This document shows positions 27,418 through 36,393 of a stretch of DNA of 49,975 nucleotides, piece by piece. Both the position numbers and the translations under genes were made by a program. A model generated the notes under the pieces. That model saw nothing but the letters and a program-made list of their open reading frames with translations. It had not been told where the DNA came from and ran no database searches. The DNA is taken from IMG/VR virus record IMGVR_UViG_3300020161_001351, positions 1-49,975 of that record; one strand, written 5' to 3'. This stretch comes from a virus (lineage: Duplodnaviria > Caudoviricetes). Each line of letters opens with the position of its first letter. Position 1 is the first letter of the stretch.

Positions 27418-27914
27418 GCAACTTCTCCTGGGGGTTTCTGTCCGCCCGAAAACTTACTTCCGATGTACTTTCCGGCATGGCCGCCAATCACGCTGGCGCC
27501 GATACCCATAGCTAAGCCAGCCATGGGATGTACTTTGGAGGAAAAGTTACCTAAAACCATACCGGCATTACTGCCGGCCCATTCTCCGATTCGAGATCCC
27601 CGAGATTCACCTTGTCCGCTAGAGTCCTCTTTAGCAAAGGCTCCGGGAGCCTGCATTCCGGCAAAGCCAAGAGTCAGCGATTTCATGCCCACTGGTAGGT
27701 GTCTACCAATATGAGAATTGCCAACCCAGCCCTTGGCTGCTGGAGCAGTATTAGCATGGCCATGTTCTGCCATGGCCTTCCAACCTTCGGACACCCACTT
27801 ACGAGGGGATAATCCCCGCTTACCCAGCTCTTCGGACATTCCGGCTATCTTTGATCCTATTCCAGAGAATAGGATATCATCTGGTTCCATATTGTTCTCT
27901 AAATGCATTTTCAT
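27414..27914 (-). CDS. Glycine-zipper membrane-like virion protein
   Basis: GxxxG repeats (GEWAGSNAG, GLAMGIGASVIGGHAG) and KIAG near the N-terminus. The start may be 27890. Confidence 0.6.
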   Translation of the reverse strand: MKMHLENNMEPDDILFSGIGSKIAGMSEELGKRGLSPRKWVSEGWKAMAEHGHANTAPAAKGWVGNSHIGRHLPVGMKSLTLGFAGMQAPGAFAKEDSSGQGESRGSRIGEWAGSNAGMVLGNFSSKVHPMAGLAMGIGASVIGGHAGKYIGSKFSGGQKPPGEVA

Positions 27915-28638
27915 ACTCTTTTAGTTTGTCGGTTGCCCATAATAATTTAGCCACCTGAATATCGGTAGACGTCATATCTAAGTCGAACATATGGTACGGC
28001 AATGACTGAACTGCAGCAAATCTTTTCGCAACATGCCAATAGTCGTACTCATGGAATCTCGTAATGTTAGTCCCAATAGAGGGATGTGTCTGTCTATGAC
28101 CAACATTGTTTTCATGCATGTATGTTTCGCTACAAAGATCACATCGACCATCGGTAAGGTCGTCATGATCTACTGTACCACAGTCATGACATTTATACAT
28201 TGGCTTACATAGAGTTGACTGAACAAAAGCTAGGGGCTCTGGTAGATACTCCAATTCCTCGTGCTTCGCACACGAGGCAATGTACCCAATGACCTCTTTC
28301 GAGAATGGAGTATCCTTAAAATTCTTCATGGTGAATACCGTTAGCATACATTGCGTAACACTAAGAGGCTCCACCAGTTGAAAATTTGGAATGAACCCAG
28401 TTAGCCCTCTGCCAACCTTCTCAAAACAATCCCAGTCTGTCCACGCGACAGGGCTTAAGTGTATGGCCCGCATAGCATTTAATTTACTGGCGTTGACTTC
28501 AGATATCCGGCCAAAGCCCTTCTCTTCTAAGAACTCATAGACGGTTATAGGTTCCCAGGTAAGCCACTCCTTTGGTAACTCTTTATTTACCAATAAGTAC
28601 AGCGCAATAGGGTTCCAGTCTATGCTATTTATATTCAC
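27877..28638 (-). CDS. Hypothetical protein with Zn ribbon (253 aa)
   Basis: CHDC...CDLC; GTGA overlap with the upstream gene. Confidence 0.7.
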   Translation of the reverse strand: MNINSIDWNPIALYLLVNKELPKEWLTWEPITVYEFLEEKGFGRISEVNASKLNAMRAIHLSPVAWTDWDCFEKVGRGLTGFIPNFQLVEPLSVTQCMLTVFTMKNFKDTPFSKEVIGYIASCAKHEELEYLPEPLAFVQSTLCKPMYKCHDCGTVDHDDLTDGRCDLCSETYMHENNVGHRQTHPSIGTNITRFHEYDYWHVAKRFAAVQSLPYHMFDLDMTSTDIQVAKLLWATDKLKEYENAFREQYGTR

Positions 28639-29240
28639 GCAAAAGATCCATTGGCCAGCCGGGCTATTATTGCTTTACTGGGATCTGGTAATGAGCTGAA
28701 AACTTCCCAAGGATTTTCCCGCATTCCCAAGATAACCGGTTCCTCAAAATATTTGGACATCAGATTCTTATAGTTTGCATGTGAAACGAAGCGCTGCAGT
28801 TTACCCGATTCCAACGTCTCTGTAGATCCTGTCCAAGTTTCTGCGATCTTTGTACCGAATGGGTAGTACACAGTTTCATGTGGATTGGGGTACTGTGAGT
28901 AGTTGTTTAGCCCGTGGGTAGTATCAAAGGTAGTCAAGAATGACTCTAACTCCTGGGGAGCCACGCTGCTGGCAATTTTCTCTAATCCCCTAAGAGTCTC
29001 CTGGTTGTACTCACTCACGAAGGGAATTCTGGCAGAGATGCCGTTGAAAGGATCCGTTTCAAGATTCCTACGGGAACTCCCGGCGTATGAAGCTAACTTG
29101 GTGAACTTCTCCTCTCCGCCAAATCTTGCTAATGGGATAGTCAATGCAGCGGCTATCTTTTTACGATCTTCGGGAGTATACAGATAGCAATGTGCTTCGT
29201 ATGCTTCAGCCAGCTTCTCAAACTCTTTTTTGGTTCTCAT
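28635..29240 (-). CDS. Hypothetical head-module protein (201 aa)
   Basis: AGGAG RBS; KLAE, KIAA, KLAS, KIAS and KIAE motifs. Confidence 0.7.
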   Translation of the reverse strand: MRTKKEFEKLAEAYEAHCYLYTPEDRKKIAAALTIPLARFGGEEKFTKLASYAGSSRRNLETDPFNGISARIPFVSEYNQETLRGLEKIASSVAPQELESFLTTFDTTHGLNNYSQYPNPHETVYYPFGTKIAETWTGSTETLESGKLQRFVSHANYKNLMSKYFEEPVILGMRENPWEVFSSLPDPSKAIIARLANGSFA

Positions 29241-29341
29241 TGTAATTAACTCCTATCTCGCTATTATAGGGTAGAAAACTCTGGATATAAATAGGGATAA
29301 TTCGATTAGACAGACAGCTTAAGGAGATTAATGAGTGAATC

Positions 29342-29707
29342 ATGGGGCAACCGAAATGTTTTGGAGACGCTAGTGAGTACGATGAATATGGGGGTGTCTG
29401 TAAAGGGTGTTCTTTTAGACTTGACTGTGCCAACACTATTCAGCGCATACAATCGAGAATTGGAACTGTGAGAGCGCCTACTGCAGCTTCGCCATCGCCA
29501 TATAGAACAGTCACTCCATATCAGACACCACAGCCAACGCAAGTCTCAACCGTTCAAAATCAAACGGCGTCATCGTACACCTTTGATAAGCAAATCGCGC
29601 CACAGTTCGGAACCTACGTAGGATTTTCAATGCTTGAATCTCTCCTGGTGGAAGCACAAAGATTAGTATACGCGGCAAGAAGAAATTATCTGGATACAAA
29701 CAGATGA
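29342..29707 (+). CDS. N-terminal Zn-finger protein with P/T/Q linker (121 aa)
   Basis: PKCFG...CKGC....C; first gene of the replication operon. Confidence 0.65.
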   Translation: MGQPKCFGDASEYDEYGGVCKGCSFRLDCANTIQRIQSRIGTVRAPTAASPSPYRTVTPYQTPQPTQVSTVQNQTASSYTFDKQIAPQFGTYVGFSMLESLLVEAQRLVYAARRNYLDTNR

Positions 29708-30009
29708 GCATCGTAAACGAAATTATAAGTGTTAAGATTCTGGTAGCTATTATTCTCTCTCTTCACGAGGGCGGCGACCCCATTGATAACATAGAAGATA
29801 GATATTTTCGAGGACAAGCCGAACTATTGCGCCTAACCTTAGAAGCTCTGAATCATTATATTTCAGGAGATGTTCTTTTTCCCATGCTCCTAGATGCGAT
29901 AAATGATGTTGTGGAAGGTGAAGATATAGTTAGGGTTATGAATAGCCTGCTGGATAATATAGTAGCGGCACCCACAACTGGGAGGGATACTATTGATACA
30001 CATAGATAA
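29704..30009 (+). CDS. Hypothetical protein (101 aa)
   Basis: ATGA-coupled within the operon. Confidence 0.55.
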   Translation: MSIVNEIISVKILVAIILSLHEGGDPIDNIEDRYFRGQAELLRLTLEALNHYISGDVLFPMLLDAINDVVEGEDIVRVMNSLLDNIVAAPTTGRDTIDTHR

Positions 30010-32395
30010 CCTAGCCAAAGTACCAACTAAGCTTGTGAATTTACCTGCCTTACGCGCAGACTTAGGCACTCTTATTTTAGATCAAGACTGTGTGTTACTT
30101 CCCAGAGAATATATGGATTTCTCCAAGCTGGGAGAAGTAGTTTATTCCAGCAGAGAGTATGTAAGAAGATTTTCGCTAGATGCTAATACCGTTTTATGGG
30201 AGGCACAATGGCCAGCATTCATAGCAATGATGCTATCTGGAAACGGTATACTTAATCTGGCCCCAGGAAAGGGCAAGGCCCTGGCACACGGAGAGCCAGT
30301 AATAACAAATACTGGGGAAGTTCCAATTGAACATATAAAAATCGGAGATTTAGTAGCTAACCCTGACGGTACTTTCTATCCGGTTACAGGGGTATTCCCA
30401 CAGGGAGAGCGAGATCTGTATACGATATCATTTACCGATGGTACGGTGGTTACCTGTGACGAAGACCACCTATGGACTCTGCAAAGGAAGAGAAATAGGC
30501 AACAGTACAAACCACCCATCACAATAAAGACAAAGGATCTGATCCTAAAACCATTGCGAAATAGCGACGGTCATTTATATTTTACTCCACCAACTTGTCC
30601 CATAGAGTACGTAGAACAACCACTCCCAATAGACCCCTATACATTGGGAGCATTATTGGGGGATGGGGGTTTAACAAGGAAGTCGATTGAAATAACTAGT
30701 GCAGATCCAGAAATCCTGGATAATCTAAAACTTCCTGGCTACGTGCTAGTGGATAGACACAGCAAGACATGTGGTAAAGCTAAGCGCTATGGTATTACAA
30801 GGATAGACCAACAAAATGGAATTTCTCTATATTCAGTATTGAAAAGTATTGGATTAGCCGGGGTTTCCTCTCACACCAAGTTTATTCCAAACATCTATGA
30901 GATAAATTCAATAGAAAATAGATTGTCTTTATTGCAGGGATTATTTGATACAGACGGAACCCCAACAGCAAGTAAAGCTATAGAATATTGCACCACCTCG
31001 CCAGAACTGGCCCAAGGAGTACAGAGAGTTGTGTATTCTCTGGGGGGTACTTGTACCTTCTCTGAGAGATACTCAAGATACACCAGAAAAGACGGCACTA
31101 GGTCTAGTCCCTTCCACAGTTATCGGCTACTTATAAAACTACCGAAGGGCCTGCGGGGATTTAGATTAACCCGGAAGCAGGATAAGATGCAGGGGCGTAG
31201 ACAGCGAGAGCCGTATAAAGCAATAACTAAAATAGAGTATGCGGGAAAAGGGGAGGCTACTTGCATATCTGTAGATAGTCCAGATCACCTGTTTCTAACT
31301 AGAAACTGTACCCCAACCCACAACACCCGCACGGCAATTGAATATCTACTAACCTGGGGAGTAAAGACTGCAATTATCGTAGACAAGATTGGTTTATTGG
31401 ATCAATGGCACAACGCGCTAATAGAACATGTTGCCGAAGTAAAAGACCACATAGGAATTGTTCATCAGAATAAAGCGGAGCTTGATAAGAACATAGTTCT
31501 AATTTCTGCGAAAACATTAATACCCAGGTTAGAGTCTGGTAAGATAACTTCAGAAGATCTAGCGGACTTTGATCTAGTTATCTTTGATGAGTGTCATCAC
31601 TTTGCTGCGCCTACCTTTTTGCAATTATGCCCACTATTTGGTGGATTACGTTTAGGTTTAACCGCCACTCCTAACAGAGAGGATGGATTAGACCGGCTAT
31701 TTAAGATGCACTTAGGTGCTGTTTTCTATAGTGATCTTATACAGGATCTGATCCCTAAGATTGAGTTCATACCCATGGGGACGGTTATCTATGATGAGGA
31801 TCAGGAAGCTATAAGCGATGTCTCCGGAGAGTTGCACTATAAAAAACTGTGCATCTGGCTGGGTCAAAATTCTGCTAGGAACTTACGTATAATAAATGAT
31901 GTAACAAATGCTGCCACTCAAGGGCATCATGTGCTGGTACTTACGCACTCCAAAGAACATACTGAAGTTCTGACTAAGCTATTTGAAGAACATACCTTTT
32001 CTTTAGGGCTAACTATTTCTACTATTTACATTAACGGGTCCAGCCATAAGATAGGGAGAACAGAGAAGATCCGAGGACACTCGGTAATCTTTGCCACCTT
32101 TGATGTTGCTGCCGAGGCGCTGGATGCCCCAAGCTTAAGCTATCTATACTTTGCTACACCACCAGGGGCTAGAGAGTATGGAAATACGTTACAACAGGCT
32201 TTAGGTAGAATCCAAAGAAAGCATAGTAGCAAGCTCCATCCAGAAGTCCGCATACTAGAAGATATAAATATTGATATGTGCAGATCTCTTCTCCGACAAG
32301 TAAAGAGAAGATTGCGAGAATGGAAGTATCCATACAAAGAATTGAAAAAGGAAAAGAAGCTTGGATCTACAAACTATAAGAGAACAATACGATAA
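29993..32395 (+). CDS. Superfamily 2 DExH helicase (UvsW/XPB-like), intein-containing
   Basis: Walker A APGKGK|T split by an intein, DECHH, GLTATP, QALGRIQR. Confidence 0.9.
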   Translation: MIHIDNLAKVPTKLVNLPALRADLGTLILDQDCVLLPREYMDFSKLGEVVYSSREYVRRFSLDANTVLWEAQWPAFIAMMLSGNGILNLAPGKGKALAHGEPVITNTGEVPIEHIKIGDLVANPDGTFYPVTGVFPQGERDLYTISFTDGTVVTCDEDHLWTLQRKRNRQQYKPPITIKTKDLILKPLRNSDGHLYFTPPTCPIEYVEQPLPIDPYTLGALLGDGGLTRKSIEITSADPEILDNLKLPGYVLVDRHSKTCGKAKRYGITRIDQQNGISLYSVLKSIGLAGVSSHTKFIPNIYEINSIENRLSLLQGLFDTDGTPTASKAIEYCTTSPELAQGVQRVVYSLGGTCTFSERYSRYTRKDGTRSSPFHSYRLLIKLPKGLRGFRLTRKQDKMQGRRQREPYKAITKIEYAGKGEATCISVDSPDHLFLTRNCTPTHNTRTAIEYLLTWGVKTAIIVDKIGLLDQWHNALIEHVAEVKDHIGIVHQNKAELDKNIVLISAKTLIPRLESGKITSEDLADFDLVIFDECHHFAAPTFLQLCPLFGGLRLGLTATPNREDGLDRLFKMHLGAVFYSDLIQDLIPKIEFIPMGTVIYDEDQEAISDVSGELHYKKLCIWLGQNSARNLRIINDVTNAATQGHHVLVLTHSKEHTEVLTKLFEEHTFSLGLTISTIYINGSSHKIGRTEKIRGHSVIFATFDVAAEALDAPSLSYLYFATPPGAREYGNTLQQALGRIQRKHSSKLHPEVRILEDINIDMCRSLLRQVKRRLREWKYPYKELKKEKKLGSTNYKRTIR
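30278..31324 (+). mobile_element. Ala1 (class 3-type) intein with LAGLIDADG homing endonuclease in the helicase P-loop (349 aa)
   Basis: GKGK|ALAHGE...TPTHN|T. Block B CDEDHLW, block F TCISVD, LGALLGDG and LQGLFDTDG. Confidence 0.92.
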
Positions 32396-33077
32396 CTGCC
32401 AGCAGTGCGACAAGTTAGTATCTTGTAGAAGGAATGTAGTACACGGAGTCGGTAACCCCAAAGCAAAGATATTGCTACTGAAGGATACTCCTTCGCTAAC
32501 AGAAGATACCGTTGGAACTCTATTTACTGGAGAGTATAGTAACTGGGTTCTGAGTATGTATCTGCATATATCTAAGCACCCGGATCTCGCAGAACTGCGA
32601 CAGAAGGCAGAGCGCGGAAAGTCCATAGACTATAAAGTAGTTAAGCAGTATTTCCTTCAAGATGTGTACATCACTTCAGCAGTTATGTGCTGTGGTAAGT
32701 TGACTGAGGGGGCTAAGCGGGGAGAGGTTAGAGCCCCCGCAACAAAAGAATTAAGTAACTGTAGGCAGCGGTTATATGATACTATATATTCCGTTGATCC
32801 CTGGGTCATCGTAGCGTTTGGTAAGTACGCAGCTAGTACGCTGTCACCAAAATCAAAAGGTTTAAACCTGAACGGAAATCCTGAATCCATGGTTCATATT
32901 ACCATACCCGGAAATACAATACCCGTTATCTATCCAATGATTCCATCATATGACCTAGAGTACGCAATGTCTCGTGGTGACTATGATGCGCAGACTAGTA
33001 TCGTAAACTCAACATTCAATGCGCTAGCCAGCGCATTTGAACTAAAGCAGAAGATGGAGATGAATGAATATGCCTGA
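32361..33077 (+). CDS. Family 4-like uracil-DNA glycosylase with degenerate active-site motifs
   Basis: CQQCDKL..RRNVVHGVGNPKAKILL, DVYITSAVMC, RAPATKELSNC, VDPWVIVAFGKYA (4Fe-4S Cys pattern). Confidence 0.75.
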   Translation: MDLQTIREQYDNCQQCDKLVSCRRNVVHGVGNPKAKILLLKDTPSLTEDTVGTLFTGEYSNWVLSMYLHISKHPDLAELRQKAERGKSIDYKVVKQYFLQDVYITSAVMCCGKLTEGAKRGEVRAPATKELSNCRQRLYDTIYSVDPWVIVAFGKYAASTLSPKSKGLNLNGNPESMVHITIPGNTIPVIYPMIPSYDLEYAMSRGDYDAQTSIVNSTFNALASAFELKQKMEMNEYA

Positions 33078-33600
33078 TACCAAACTGTTAGATCTGTATC
33101 GTGACAAGAAACTAGAACTCAAGAAGTTGCAGGAGTCTTGGAACTCTGGAGAATTTCTACAACATATTGTTCCTGAAGAATTCCACTTTCTAGTAGCGAC
33201 ATCTCTTCAGGAATCCCGAGATGCAATAGAGACTGCGGCTAGAGAAGTTGATTCCATATTTGCGAAGATAAAATCAGAGTTTGTGCAAGAGGCCGTAAAT
33301 AAATTTGATACCTCGAAACAGTTCGACAGAAGAACGGTTGAGGGGATCAAGATTACTGCGCGACAATCCGTTTCATATAATATGGATAGACTTATTTCTA
33401 TCGCTAAAGAAAAGAAGCTATATGACCGACTGGTAAATAAGGGTGTGATTTCCACCAAGGTAGTCTTAGATGAAAAGAAGCTGGCCATGGTAGTGTCTCA
33501 GGAAGAGCAGGCGCTATTCGCCCCGGCTAAAGAAGTGCGCCTGAAGGACGTATCTGTTGTAGACAAGTCCAAGGGAATACCCCAGGAGTCTGATGAATAA
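33064..33600 (+). CDS. Hypothetical protein (178 aa)
   Basis: Operonic ORF, GGAG RBS. Confidence 0.65.
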   Translation: MNMPDTKLLDLYRDKKLELKKLQESWNSGEFLQHIVPEEFHFLVATSLQESRDAIETAAREVDSIFAKIKSEFVQEAVNKFDTSKQFDRRTVEGIKITARQSVSYNMDRLISIAKEKKLYDRLVNKGVISTKVVLDEKKLAMVVSQEEQALFAPAKEVRLKDVSVVDKSKGIPQESDE

Positions 33601-33934
33601 GGCACCAAACGGTTCTGCTAGAATAACTATCAAGAAAAATAAAGAAGTAATTAAAGACCTCGTTCACGAATTCACCCAAGAGGAACTCATGAGATTTGAC
33701 CTTCTCGCAACTACCAAAGACGAACCCGGAGCCACCTTATCACAGTCCATCACTGTAGGTGATATGAACTATGGTAATGGCGTAACCATACAGCTATTTA
33801 CAAGCATTACCTGCTTGCAGACAAACGAGACGATGGAAGCAGGGCATCGTCTATTACTAGAATTCAATAGAGATATGGTTAGAGAAGCAGCAGTAGTAGC
33901 CGACGAGCTTAAGAGAGAGATTTTTGGCAACTGA
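33593..33934 (+). CDS. Hypothetical protein (113 aa)
   Basis: Operonic ORF, AGGAG RBS. Confidence 0.65.
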   Translation: MNKAPNGSARITIKKNKEVIKDLVHEFTQEELMRFDLLATTKDEPGATLSQSITVGDMNYGNGVTIQLFTSITCLQTNETMEAGHRLLLEFNRDMVREAAVVADELKREIFGN

Positions 33935-34133
33935 GTATGAAGTTACCCTTGGAGAAATAACCTTTCTACCCAAGGGTGATATTATCAGAGTTCAGTATGA
34001 AATAAAGAAGCCGGGCCTCCCAGATTTTTGTGCCAAGGGGGTTTCTAATTTTCGCACAAATACTCAAGCTAAAGTATTGATAGATTCCCTAGTAGCTGTA
34101 CTGGAAAAAGTCATACTAGGAGATACCGCGTGA
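33924..34133 (+). CDS. Hypothetical protein (69 aa)
   Basis: Fills the operon gap; GTGA overlap with dnaB. Confidence 0.55.
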   Translation: MATEYEVTLGEITFLPKGDIIRVQYEIKKPGLPDFCAKGVSNFRTNTQAKVLIDSLVAVLEKVILGDTA

Positions 34134-35497
34134 ACGTAGAATTTAGACTTCTTCTTTCTATGCTCCAGAGTAAGGATCTAAAGACAGTAACACAGTATGG
34201 GGTTAAGGATGAGTATTTCTCTCTGCCGGATTCTTTATTAATCTTCAAATTTATCCAAGCATACTCTTCTACTAAAGAGGCATATGGGCAGATGCCCTCT
34301 CTGGAGTTGGTACATCAGAGGTTTCCAACATTTCCGGTGAATGCCCCGAGAATGGAGGAGTCCATCTACTCATTAATCTATGAGTTAAAGGACAAGTATT
34401 TAAAGAGGCACATCCATATTATTATGGAAGATATGGACCTCTTGGTCAAAACGGATCCTCGTGCGGCAATAGATTACTTAGCCGCGCAATCATCAAAGTT
34501 GAAAGCGGAAAACTTTGAGGCCGCTCACTTACAGATGGATGGGGCTGATGCCGCCATTAAGATTATAGAGAATTATAATCTGATTGCGGACACTGATGGA
34601 TACTTGGGAATACCTTATCCCTGGGAGCCCTTGAATCTGGCCACTCGCGGAATGCAGCGAGGGGAAGTAAATCTAGTATACGGGCCCAGTAAATCTATGA
34701 AGAGCTGGCTATTACTAGAAATGGGGATCGTACACCCATTTGTACACGCTAATGCGCGATGTCTACTTATCTCCATGGAAATGCCAGTAATCCAGATGTA
34801 CCGAAGAGTATATGCCCGATTGGCTAAAGTGGATTACGAACAGTTAGTCTCTGGTAATCTGATGCCAATGGACCGGGAACGGTACAACAATACGGCCTTA
34901 GCTATTCACGGAGAACTATCTATAGATACTAAAGAGAGAATGCGGAATATACGAATCATCAAACCCGACTCTAGAATGGGTGGCGGTGTCTCCGCAGTTA
35001 AGAAGGCTATTGACGAGTTTGACCCGGATGTTGTGGCTATCGATGGTATTTACCTGATGGCAGATGAGCGGTCTAGTACAAGATCTGGTGACTGGAAGAA
35101 TCTAACCCATGTATCCCAGGACTTGAAGTCGCTGTCTCATGAGTATCAGGTTCCCTTACTGGAATCTCATCAAGGTAATAGATCATCAATAAAGCGTGCC
35201 CCAGGGGAAGATGCTGAAGATTACTCTGATGTTGGCTTCTCTTTAGGCCCCATTCAGGATGCTGACTTTGTTATGCGAACCCAGAAGCAGCTAGGTCCAG
35301 ATGGAGAAACTCAGCTAGTCATAACTCTACCTGCGGTTAGAGAGGCTAAGATTGACAAGTTTGTGCTGAATGCACATCCGGCAATTGACTTCTCAGTCAT
35401 CAGTCAAGATAATGTAAACATAGCTACTGAAAGAACTATTCAGCCGGATAAGCTAGTACATAAGGCATTCAATAAACGGCAGTCGACACTAATGTGA
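34130..35497 (+). CDS. dnaB: DnaB-like replicative helicase
   Basis: GIPYPWEPLN, Walker A YGPSKSMKS, ISMEM, Walker B VAIDG, SQDLKSL, HQGNR, IQDAD. Confidence 0.88.
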   Translation: MNVEFRLLLSMLQSKDLKTVTQYGVKDEYFSLPDSLLIFKFIQAYSSTKEAYGQMPSLELVHQRFPTFPVNAPRMEESIYSLIYELKDKYLKRHIHIIMEDMDLLVKTDPRAAIDYLAAQSSKLKAENFEAAHLQMDGADAAIKIIENYNLIADTDGYLGIPYPWEPLNLATRGMQRGEVNLVYGPSKSMKSWLLLEMGIVHPFVHANARCLLISMEMPVIQMYRRVYARLAKVDYEQLVSGNLMPMDRERYNNTALAIHGELSIDTKERMRNIRIIKPDSRMGGGVSAVKKAIDEFDPDVVAIDGIYLMADERSSTRSGDWKNLTHVSQDLKSLSHEYQVPLLESHQGNRSSIKRAPGEDAEDYSDVGFSLGPIQDADFVMRTQKQLGPDGETQLVITLPAVREAKIDKFVLNAHPAIDFSVISQDNVNIATERTIQPDKLVHKAFNKRQSTLM

Positions 35498-36393
35498 TAA
35501 GTGTCCTGACGATAATTGAAACATATGTTGACTCTGCCTGGAAAAAGACTGGTGCTAGTAATATACTAGTCCATTGCCCTTTCCATAAAGACGGCAAAGA
35601 GAAAGATCCCTCTTGCTCCATACACGTAGAAAAGCAACTATTCTATTGTTTTACTTGTGAGGAGAAGGGGCACTTAAAAAGGCTGCTGGCAAAAGTCGGA
35701 GCACCTGTAGAGATCATGAAGTATGCTGAATCTCCCAGAATGCACGTAACTCCAGATCAAGATTATACCTTGCCAGAACATATCTTAAGCTGCTACAGGT
35801 ACGAACCAACTCCCTGGATATCAGAAGGTTTTGATTCCGAATTATTAAAGCAGGAGGAGATTGGATTTGATATCAGAAATGAATGTGTTATAATTCCTAT
35901 TAGAAAATCAGATGGTGGCCTGCTTGCTATAGCAGGAAGAAATTTTGAGGATGGTCCTCGCTACAAAATATATAAAAGAGAACTTGGTGACTTTTGCCCT
36001 TTCGGGTATTCTCCCAAGACTCATAAGATCTTGTGGAGAGGACACAAACTAAAGAATCCTAAAAAGATTATAGTTTGTGAAGGATATAAGGCAGCACTAG
36101 CGTATGTCTCTGCAGGATTCTTTGATACGGTAGCACTTATGGGATGTCATATGTCAGAGGACCAAGCGAATACCTTGGCCACCTTTGGGTGCCCCATAGT
36201 ACTATCTCTAGATAACAATAGTGCGGGTATCTCGGGTACGCCGAAAGCCGCCAGAATGTTAACGAGACTGGATGTTGACGTTTCAATAGTTAGTTACTTA
36301 GATTCTAGAGAGCAGCCTGATGGCTATACAGATATGGAACTAAAAACAATGGTAGGTTCAGCGAAACCTTTTCACCGATGGAGACAGCAATGA
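35494..36393 (+). CDS. dnaG: DNA primase (CHC2 Zn finger + TOPRIM)
   Basis: CPFH...CFTC, GR..PRY, VCEGYK, LSLDNNSAG. Confidence 0.88.
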   Translation: MISVLTIIETYVDSAWKKTGASNILVHCPFHKDGKEKDPSCSIHVEKQLFYCFTCEEKGHLKRLLAKVGAPVEIMKYAESPRMHVTPDQDYTLPEHILSCYRYEPTPWISEGFDSELLKQEEIGFDIRNECVIIPIRKSDGGLLAIAGRNFEDGPRYKIYKRELGDFCPFGYSPKTHKILWRGHKLKNPKKIIVCEGYKAALAYVSAGFFDTVALMGCHMSEDQANTLATFGCPIVLSLDNNSAGISGTPKAARMLTRLDVDVSIVSYLDSREQPDGYTDMELKTMVGSAKPFHRWRQQ

